Positions 1 through 6,600 of a DNA stretch of 32,000 nucleotides are shown one piece after another. Positions within the stretch are counted from its first letter, which is position 1. Each line of letters begins with the position of its first letter. A program made the position numbers and the translations under genes. The stretch covers positions 1-32,000 of the forward strand of contig JAGVBU010000005.1 in NCBI GenBank assembly GCA_020059585.1, read 5' to 3'. This DNA is from Minisyncoccota bacterium. Lineage in GTDB: Bacteria > Patescibacteriota > Minisyncoccia > UBA6257 > GWB1-50-10. The notes beneath the pieces were generated by a model. That model was not told the origin of the DNA. It worked only from the letters and a program-made list of their open reading frames with translations, and searched no databases.

Positions 1-345
1 ATTGCGACTGAAAGGAGCGGGCGAGGCGCAAAGATCATTCGTCAAAATCCTGCGGATTTTGTCCGAAATACATTCGAACTTCGTCCAATACACACCGCAA
101 AAAAACCAGTATCACATTGATACTGGTTTTGCATTCTCTTCGCGGAGAGGAGCAACACAACTGCTTGTGTTGCGAGAGGGATTCGAACAGCGGAGCGTTA
201 TTCCATCAGCAGATGGAATCGTGAGCTGGTGCCCAGACCGGAATGATTCGACGGAATCATTCCGAGTCGAGGGCGAATCCCTTTCTGTAGCGACGGCGAA
301 CCGAGAGTCGGAGCCGAATCCCTCTGTAAACGAATGGTGAATGGG
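1..345. ncRNA. Unclassified hairpin-dense, stop-free segment; possibly structured RNA (family and strand not identified)
   Basis: Five perfect stem-loops with unrelated sequences: 43-61 (8 bp), 106-126 (9 bp), 152-173 (9 bp), 200-219 (8 bp), 239-264 (11 bp). An 11-nt long-range complement pairs 175-185 agagggattcg with 315-325 cgaatccctct. Imperfect ~38-nt tandem units lie at 262-300 and 301-337. ORFs 2..340(+) and 112..450(-) are both open, which palindromy can explain. I recognised no protein motif. Confidence 0.3.
99..131 (-). terminator. Rho-independent terminator hairpin, bidirectional in form but stronger on the minus strand
   Basis: Stem ccagtatca (106-114) / tgatactgg (118-126) with loop cat. 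It is flanked by A7 (99-105, read as T7 on the minus strand) and by tttt (127-130) on the plus strand. Confidence 0.5.
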
Positions 346-353
346 GATATAAT
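325..353 (+). promoter_or_regulatory. Putative promoter of the MazG-like gene (-10 TATAAT at 348-353, weak -35 tgtaaa at 325-330)
   Basis: A perfect TATAAT sits 6 nt before the ATG at 360. There is no Shine-Dalgarno sequence in between. The -35 matches only 3 of 6 positions. Confidence 0.3.
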
Positions 354-359
354 CAAAAT

Positions 360-740
360 ATGTCCGATATTCAAAAATTAACCGGTTTGATAAAGAAGTT
401 TTGTGAGGAGCGGAACTGGAAGCAGTTCCACAATACGAAGGATCTTGCAATCTCCCTGAATCTCGAGGCGGCGGAAGTGCTTGAGCATTTCCAATGGAAG
501 AGCGAGGAGGAAGTGAGGGAATATCTGAAAACGCACAAAGAGCACGTGGGAGAGGAGCTTTCGGACGTGCTTTATTGGATTTTGCTCATGAGCGACGATC
601 TTGGAATCGACATCGCGGACGCATTTGAGAAGAAAATGAAGAAAAACGAGGAAAAATATCCGGTGGAGAAGGCGAAAAACAGGCATAATAAGTATAATGA
701 ACTCGCGAAAGATCATGAATCAAAAAAAGAAAAAGAGTAA
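360..740 (+). CDS. MazG-like all-alpha nucleoside triphosphate pyrophosphohydrolase
   Basis: 126 aa. NWKQFHNTKDLAISLNLEAAEVLEHFQWK followed by ELSDVLYWILLMSDDLGIDIADAFEKKMKKNEEKYP is the typical MazG/dCTPase-type EexxE...D helix pair. Confidence 0.85.
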   Translation: MSDIQKLTGLIKKFCEERNWKQFHNTKDLAISLNLEAAEVLEHFQWKSEEEVREYLKTHKEHVGEELSDVLYWILLMSDDLGIDIADAFEKKMKKNEEKYPVEKAKNRHNKYNELAKDHESKKEKE

Positions 741-759
741 TATAAAACCAAGAGGGAAA

Positions 760-1575
760 ATGGCAAAAATTCTTCAATCAATAGATAAAAAACCCTATTT
801 CATTGGAGGGGATAGTTTTGTCTTGTTCCACGGAGATAGTGTTGAATTACTCTCTAAATTACCCGAAAGTTCAGTAGATATGATTTTTGCCGATCCCCCA
901 TATAACCTCTCGAATGGAGGTTTTTCGGTACACGCAGGGAAGCGTGTAAGTGTAGATAAAGGAGATTGGGACAAAAGTAGAGGATTTAAGGATGACTATG
1001 AGTTCCACTACAGATGGCTCGAGGCGTGTAAAAGAGTTTTGAAGCCGGGAGGGACACTGTGGGTGAGTGGAACATATCATTCGATATATCAATGCGGACA
1101 TGCGATGCAGGCGCTTGGATATCATATCCTCAACGATATTTCATGGTACAAACCAAATGCGTCACCAAATTTAAGTTGTCGATTTTTTACCGCAAGTCAC
1201 GAGACACTCCTTTGGGCAAGGAAAGAAAAAAAAGCGAAACACACCTTCAATTATAAATTGATGAAAGAGGGAGATTGGCACAATGAGGATTTTATAAAGA
1301 AAGAAAATAAACAGATGCGTTCCGTGTGGTCCATTAATACTCCAAAACCATGGGAGAAGAAGTTTGGGAAACATCCTACACAAAAACCGATTTCGTTACT
1401 TCATCGCGTTGTACTTGCAAGCACAAAACGCGGGGATATTGTGATCGATCCTTTTACTGGAAGTTCTACCACCGGATTATCAGCAGTAAAACACGGAAGG
1501 AAATTCATTGGCATTGATACCGATTCAAAATACCTTGATCTGTCGATCAAGAGATACAAAAGTGATTTTGCATAA
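760..1575 (+). CDS. Beta-class DNA methyltransferase, probably N6-adenine (N4/N6 MTase family), M subunit of a type II R-M pair
   Basis: Motif IV FADPPYNL precedes HPTQKP and motif I VIDPFTGSSTTG, which is the beta-class order. Start chosen at ATG 760 (agagggaaaATG, SD-like) rather than ATG 697, which would overlap the MazG-like gene by 44 nt. Confidence 0.85.
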   Translation: MAKILQSIDKKPYFIGGDSFVLFHGDSVELLSKLPESSVDMIFADPPYNLSNGGFSVHAGKRVSVDKGDWDKSRGFKDDYEFHYRWLEACKRVLKPGGTLWVSGTYHSIYQCGHAMQALGYHILNDISWYKPNASPNLSCRFFTASHETLLWARKEKKAKHTFNYKLMKEGDWHNEDFIKKENKQMRSVWSINTPKPWEKKFGKHPTQKPISLLHRVVLASTKRGDIVIDPFTGSSTTGLSAVKHGRKFIGIDTDSKYLDLSIKRYKSDFA

Positions 1576-1583
1576 ATAAGAAT

Positions 1584-2105
1584 ATGATAGAAAAAGGATT
1601 TGGGGGAGGAAATACAAAAACCGGTCTCAATTTTGAAAACGAAAGAGATCTTCTTAAAGTCCTCGAAAAAACAAAGGGCTATTCTATAAAAGATTCAATT
1701 ATTTATTACAAAGGTGAAGAGGTTGCAAGGAGTTTTAGAAAAAACGCTCTTTATAAATATCTTGAATCAAGAAAACTTGATTATAGAAAATATATATCGA
1801 AAAAACTTCTTCCTGATGACGCTATCTACGTGATCGTGAATAATACGCTTTTTATTGTGGAGATGAAGTTTCAAAAAGTTGCTGGATCGGTAGACGAAAA
1901 ACTACAGACTTGTGACTTTAAGGTAAAACAATATCGAAAATTGATGGCTCCTCTTAATATCGAAGTCGAGTATATTTATATTCTTAATGATTGGTTTACA
2001 AAACCAGAATACAAAGATGTTTTAGATTATATCATTTCAGTAGGATGCTATTACTATTTCAACTATTTACCCCTACAAAAACTAGGACTTCCTGTTCCAA
2101 AGTAA
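1584..2105 (+). CDS. Putative type II restriction endonuclease (PD-(D/E)XK fold), cognate to the upstream methyltransferase
   Basis: 173 aa, starting 8 nt after the MTase stop. LLPDDAIYVIVNNTLFIVEMKFQK gives P77-D78 ... E93-x-K95, a PD-(D/E)XK signature. I could not recognise the specific enzyme family. Confidence 0.6.
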   Translation: MIEKGFGGGNTKTGLNFENERDLLKVLEKTKGYSIKDSIIYYKGEEVARSFRKNALYKYLESRKLDYRKYISKKLLPDDAIYVIVNNTLFIVEMKFQKVAGSVDEKLQTCDFKVKQYRKLMAPLNIEVEYIYILNDWFTKPEYKDVLDYIISVGCYYYFNYLPLQKLGLPVPK

Positions 2106-2230
2106 TTTTTTATTCTCATAAAGAAAGCTCAAGTTTTAAATAAAAATCACGACAGAGATCCAAACAGCAGAGCTAAATTTCGCAGATAAATATTTAGTAT
2201 TGGAATGATCCATAATATCATAATAAAATC

Positions 2231-3841
2231 ATGAAAATAACTAGAATTGAGATTGAAAATTTTAGGTCCATTGAGAAATATGATTTTCTAGTAAAAGATT
2301 TTAATGTGTTTGTGGGACAAAATAACCACGGTAAGACAAATCTTTTTGATGCCCTAGATTGGTTTGATTCTGGTAAAACAGATAGAGCAAACTATAGAAA
2401 CCACGATGCCACCCTTCCTATCAAAGTAAGGGTTCATTTCTCACAAGTACAAGAAACATTATTATCTCTTCCTGAGGGAGCTTATCGAACCGCCATACAA
2501 AACGTGCTTCATGAACACGACAGTTTAATTGTTGAAAAAACCAGTGAAGATGATAAAAGAGCGCTAATTATAAATAAAAATAGAATTACTAATCCCAGAG
2601 GTTTTGATTCTGCTCTTAATTATTTTTTACCAAAAATTGTTTATGTAACTACGAAACATAGACTTTCTGATGTGGCTAGCTATAAAGCAAAGTCTCCTAT
2701 TGCGGAAATGCTTGGAGATGTTCTTGTGGACATGGTAGATCATGAACCAAAGTATAGAGATTTTCTCGATCTTTTTAACGATCTTTTTAATACAAGCACG
2801 TCAATATTTCGAAAGTCCGTTAATGATTTACAACGTAGAGTTGAATTTTATCTTTCAAAACAATTTGCGGAAGGGACAACCGTGACGTTTCGTATAGAAA
2901 ATCCCGAGGTTGAAGATATGCTTAAAAAGTTTGAAACTGAAGTTGATGATGGAGTAAAAACCAAAGCAGAAGAAAAAGGAGATGGAATGCAAAGAGCTAT
3001 TATGTTAGCTATAGTTCAGGCTTACGCTGATTATAGAAAAGAAAAAGGAATAGCTAGGAACTTTGTGTTCTTAATAGATGAAGCGGAACTTCATTTACAC
3101 CCAACAGCTCAGAGATCTCTCAAAAAAGCACTGCGAGATATTGTTGATAACGGAGGACAGGTTTTTATTAATTCTCATTCTTCTATTTTTGCAAATGAAA
3201 TATTTGAAAATCAAAAAATTTTTAGAGTTGAAAAAAGGGCTGGCGTTTCGTGTGTTTCGGAGATTGAAGGAAAACAAGAACAATTGGATTCTATTTATCA
3301 ACTACTTGGAGGTAGCCCAAGTGATATTTTGTTGCCAAGTAATTTCATAATAGTTGAAGGTAAGTCTGATTACGAATTTCTTAAAAGGATTATTATGAGA
3401 TTTTATGGAACAAATAATAAATGTCAGCAAATAAAAGTATTGTTTGCTAATGGAGATATTGAAAGAGAAGGGGAGCTTTATCATCGTATCCATGAGACAT
3501 ATAAACCTCTTCTTACTAATGGCATTTACAAAAACAAGGTAGTTTTTTTATTAGACAAGCCTCATCCCTCAAAAAAAACACAATACGAAGAATTTAAAAA
3601 GTCTCATCCTTATTTAGTCGAAGGAGAACAGATACAAATCTTACCTGTTTCAGCATTGGAGATGTACTATCCAGAACCTTACAAAAAAACAGAAAGTGAA
3701 GTAAATGGGATGACGCAAGTAAAAGTAAAGGTTGATTTAGCAAAAGAAGTCGGTGACTCTATAACACTTCAGCAACTCAAAGAAAGCATGCCGATGATTG
3801 TCGTTACTCTCGATAAGGCAGTAGAACTTGCTTACGAATAA
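2231..3841 (+). CDS. OLD-family (GajA/Old-like) ABC-type ATPase with C-terminal Toprim-like domain
   Basis: 536 aa. N-terminus MKITRIEIENFRSIE, Walker A GQNNHGKT (aa 29-36), signature-like GDGMQRA (250-256), Walker B FVFLIDEAELHLHP (278-291), H-loop INSHS (313-317). IIVEGKSDYEF (373-383) is a Toprim-type EG motif. Confidence 0.8.
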   Translation: MKITRIEIENFRSIEKYDFLVKDFNVFVGQNNHGKTNLFDALDWFDSGKTDRANYRNHDATLPIKVRVHFSQVQETLLSLPEGAYRTAIQNVLHEHDSLIVEKTSEDDKRALIINKNRITNPRGFDSALNYFLPKIVYVTTKHRLSDVASYKAKSPIAEMLGDVLVDMVDHEPKYRDFLDLFNDLFNTSTSIFRKSVNDLQRRVEFYLSKQFAEGTTVTFRIENPEVEDMLKKFETEVDDGVKTKAEEKGDGMQRAIMLAIVQAYADYRKEKGIARNFVFLIDEAELHLHPTAQRSLKKALRDIVDNGGQVFINSHSSIFANEIFENQKIFRVEKRAGVSCVSEIEGKQEQLDSIYQLLGGSPSDILLPSNFIIVEGKSDYEFLKRIIMRFYGTNNKCQQIKVLFANGDIEREGELYHRIHETYKPLLTNGIYKNKVVFLLDKPHPSKKTQYEEFKKSHPYLVEGEQIQILPVSALEMYYPEPYKKTESEVNGMTQVKVKVDLAKEVGDSITLQQLKESMPMIVVTLDKAVELAYE

Positions 3842-4056
3842 ACTAACCCCGTAGAAAAAAGCTGCTAAAACCCTTAAATTGCTTTTGCCAAAAAGTACTA
3901 ACAAAAAACATAAACCGATAGTGCCGAGGGAGGGTGACAGTGTTCAGGGTATAGTTCAAGAAGTGCTTAAATAAAATAACTATCAATTTGAGCGAAATTG
4001 AGGATAAAGAATACGGAGTGAGCAAGGAAGATGTTAAAAGTTAAACAAAGAATTTT

Positions 4057-5772
4057 ATGACCTTAATTGAGACAATAAAAAAGATTCATAATGCAGAAAA
4101 CGAAGGAGACATTTTTGATGGTCTTTGTTGTATTCAGAATTTTCTAGAACATAATGACAGAAAAGGATTTTTTGAAGAGAAAATTTCTAAAAAAGGTGAA
4201 AAATTCTTTGTACTAAAAAATGATTATACAATAGGAATTTTTTGTAAAATATTTGATAATCCAACTTTTTTAAAATGTATTTTGGGTATACTAAAATATC
4301 AAAAAGAATATAAAGAACTTGAATCTGTTCCGGAAAAAATATTAAGACAAGGATATTTTGTAAATTTATCCCTTAATAGTTGTTTTTATTTTATATCTCT
4401 TTTTTCAAAAGATCTTAAGCAAAAAAATATAGAATTTTTTGGTCGTAGTTTTTGGTTAGAAATTAAAAAATTAGAGGAAAAATTTTCTTATGAATTTACT
4501 AAAATAGATATATTAAATGCATTCGAGCGAATAATTTTTGATCAACAATATTTTTTTAAGAAGGAATTCTCAATAAAAATAAATGCCGAAAGTTTTTATC
4601 ATAACTTTCAGAAATCTCGTTTAATAATTGGGAATTATCTTACAGATTTTTCAATCCCAATCTTACTTTCTAATACTTTTAAAAAATTAACTAGTGCGAA
4701 AAAAGAATCTGGTGGAACCATTTCGGCAAAACATTGCAAAAATGTTTTAATTGCTACGCTTAGAAAATATGAATTTTTAAGTAATGGTTTCAAATTTGAT
4801 AGTCTTAAGGATAAAAAAAATGAATGTACTTCATTTGATTATTTTTTTAGTGTTAGAGAATCTAGAAAAATTTTATTTCTAATTTACTCCGTTATAGAAG
4901 ATTTAGATATGTTTGATGAAAATGAAATTATTAATAAAATTAATAATTCTGAAGATCAACTTGGAAAAGTAAGAGATTTTTTTTATCGAAATTATAATAT
5001 TTTTCCTGATTATAGGGGCCCAAAAACGGAAGGGCAATGGGGAAATAAATCCTTTTTAAATACGATTAAATTTTTTTCAATTATAAGCACTATTAAGAAC
5101 TCTCATGATGCTCGGTGGAAAATTGATAACTTTTTAAAACATTTTGGTGATTGGATGGACGATTTAAATGATAATATAAATTATTTTTCAGAGCTTGATG
5201 ACTTTAATATAATAAACGACCTTTTAAAATCCGGGGAGGATAATGAGGTTGAATTTAAAGCCACTTTTGGTTTACCAATTCAAGGATATGCGCATGAATC
5301 AGAATTAAAAGGAATAAAAAGAGATATATTAAACAAAATAGCAGAAACTATTTTAGCGATGGCAAATTCAAATGGAGGTAATATTTTTATTGGAGTTATA
5401 GAAAAACCAGACAAAATTAAACTTAATAACGAAATAACTTCACAGATTGTGACGAGAGAAGGTTTGTCATTTTTAGACATACATTTTTCCCTGAATAAGG
5501 AGGGGGAGGATTTCGACGGTAAGAGATTAACACTACAACAAATATTAAAGAATTTAACTACTGAAAGATTAGATTTCCTAGATTCTTTATTTTCTTTTCG
5601 TTTTTACAAAATTTATATAGAAAACAAGAAATCACACATTGAAATCTTGGATATAAAAGTTGAGAAAGCGAACAAACCTATTTTTCTCGAAAAAGATAAC
5701 TGGATTACACTTCCCAAACGATTAAATGGTAGGGTTGAAAAGGTCAATCCGGTCAAAGAACTTATAAAATAA
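4057..5772 (+). CDS. Large protein with orphan N-terminal ~390 aa and C-terminal AlbA_2 (Schlafen-type, putative DNA/RNA-binding) domain
   Basis: 571 aa. GEDNEVEFKATFG ... ILNKIAETILAMANSNGGNIFIGVIE ... IEILDIKVEKANKPIFL matches the AlbA_2 pattern (E-x-E-F-K, AxAN-x-GG-x-IxIGV). I recognised no motif in the N-terminal part. This is the lowest-GC gene in the window. Confidence 0.7.
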   Translation: MTLIETIKKIHNAENEGDIFDGLCCIQNFLEHNDRKGFFEEKISKKGEKFFVLKNDYTIGIFCKIFDNPTFLKCILGILKYQKEYKELESVPEKILRQGYFVNLSLNSCFYFISLFSKDLKQKNIEFFGRSFWLEIKKLEEKFSYEFTKIDILNAFERIIFDQQYFFKKEFSIKINAESFYHNFQKSRLIIGNYLTDFSIPILLSNTFKKLTSAKKESGGTISAKHCKNVLIATLRKYEFLSNGFKFDSLKDKKNECTSFDYFFSVRESRKILFLIYSVIEDLDMFDENEIINKINNSEDQLGKVRDFFYRNYNIFPDYRGPKTEGQWGNKSFLNTIKFFSIISTIKNSHDARWKIDNFLKHFGDWMDDLNDNINYFSELDDFNIINDLLKSGEDNEVEFKATFGLPIQGYAHESELKGIKRDILNKIAETILAMANSNGGNIFIGVIEKPDKIKLNNEITSQIVTREGLSFLDIHFSLNKEGEDFDGKRLTLQQILKNLTTERLDFLDSLFSFRFYKIYIENKKSHIEILDIKVEKANKPIFLEKDNWITLPKRLNGRVEKVNPVKELIK

Positions 5773-5885
5773 TAAGGAGATTCGAGACAAACTTTCTGAA
5801 AAGAAAAAAGAGACTCGAGAAACAAAAGGAATTCCTCCAAAAACGCTATAATCTACATACGGTAAAGAGGATTTGTGGAACAACC

Positions 5886-6359
5886 ATGCACATAGAAACG
5901 CTCACAAAATTTTTGAACGAGGCGAATAAAGCAACGTATGCGGATAAGAACGCGGAAAAAGCCGTGTCTTCGCGTGCGGGATCAAAAGAGTATCATTTTG
6001 AGAAGGGCGGATTCGCGTACCATGACACCTATTTCGGAAGCCGTGATTTTATCGGAGAGGAAATTGTGTACGAAAACGGAGATCCTGTGTGGGGGATGAA
6101 TTATTTTGGCGTTGTCCTCGACGAAGAAGTGAGTGAAAAGGAGGTGTTCGATTTTCTTAGGGAAGCACTCATGCAAGAATATGAGGATGTGATTCCTGTC
6201 CGAGGACCGAGCAATTTTTCTTCTGGAGACAAAGAATATCGCTTTTCGGTTGAGGGAGATTTTGCAAATTTTTCCGGCAAGGAAGAAATCTTATTTGGCG
6301 AAAAGGTTGTATATCGATGTCTGGTACACGGAGGGGTTATAGAAGAAAGTAGTAAGTAG
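5886..6359 (+). CDS. Conserved hypothetical protein, DUF5680-like (name assignment tentative)
   Basis: 157 aa. ATYADKN...YHDTYFGSRDFIGEEIVYENGDPVWGMNYFG resembles the DUF5680 pattern as I recall it. A TATAAT lies at 5848-5853 and aaagagga lies upstream. Confidence 0.6.
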   Translation: MHIETLTKFLNEANKATYADKNAEKAVSSRAGSKEYHFEKGGFAYHDTYFGSRDFIGEEIVYENGDPVWGMNYFGVVLDEEVSEKEVFDFLREALMQEYEDVIPVRGPSNFSSGDKEYRFSVEGDFANFSGKEEILFGEKVVYRCLVHGGVIEESSK

Positions 6360-6388
6360 TAAGTAGAAAATAGTAAGTAGAAAGTATT

Positions 6389-6574
6389 AGGTATAAAGTA
6401 TTACGTATGAAGAAAGAAGAAATTAAACTAGGAAAATACAAGCACGAGCATAAATAATTCTCAAATTTCAATTCTCAATTTTCATTAAATTTTCAATATA
6501 CAAATCATAATGACTGAAAAAATCAAAAGTGAATCGTTTGAGATCATAGGAGAAGGTATAAAGTATTACGTATG
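6389..6574. repeat. 21-nt perfect direct repeat aggtataaagtattacgtatg (6389-6409 and 6554-6574)
   Basis: Read directly from the sequence. The flanks continue with similarity (atgAagaaaGaa versus atgCagaaaAaa). The copies are 165 nt apart in an AT-rich spacer. Confidence 0.8.
6456..6498. repeat. Tandem 14-mers aattctcaaatttc / aattctcaattttc plus a partial third unit
   Basis: Read directly. A closely related tandem pair, aattttcaattcac / aattttcaattttt, occurs at 11551-11578. Confidence 0.7.
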
Positions 6575-6600
6575 CAGAAAAAATAGAAATCAATTTTCAA

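Noticed and set aside
170-200. gagagggattcgaacag looks like the reverse complement of a tRNA/tmRNA T-arm (GGTTCGAATCC)
   Set aside because: The flanking 5-mers (gaggg / cagcg) are not complementary, so no T-stem forms. I found no acceptor stem, CCA context or anticodon arm on either strand. The gattcgacgg at 245-254, which resembles a tmRNA 5' end, likewise has no matching 3' end.
2-450. Two 112-aa ORFs (2..340 plus strand, 112..450 minus strand) covering the hairpin region
   Set aside because: I recognised no protein motif. The segment is made largely of perfect palindromes, which keeps both strands open simultaneously. The minus ORF also runs antisense into the well-supported MazG-like gene. 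I did not call them as CDS, though a real C-terminal fragment on the plus strand cannot be fully excluded.
722-737. A-rich sequence aaaaaaagaaaaagag at the left island edge, matching gaaaagaaaaaagag at 5798-5812, as possible att-type direct repeats
   Set aside because: The match is low-complexity poly-purine and imperfect (one extra A). Such a match is easily obtained by chance in AT-rich DNA, and no integrase or recombinase is nearby.
697-759. Upstream ATG (697) extending the methyltransferase ORF by 21 codons
   Set aside because: It would overlap the MazG-like gene by 44 nt. The ATG at 760 has an SD-like agaggga and coincides with the compositional shift.
3843-4025. 60-aa minus-strand ORF in the spacer between the OLD-like and AlbA_2 genes
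   Set aside because: It starts with a non-ATG codon (TTG), has no SD and has a low-complexity hydrophobic translation. It is probably a chance ORF.
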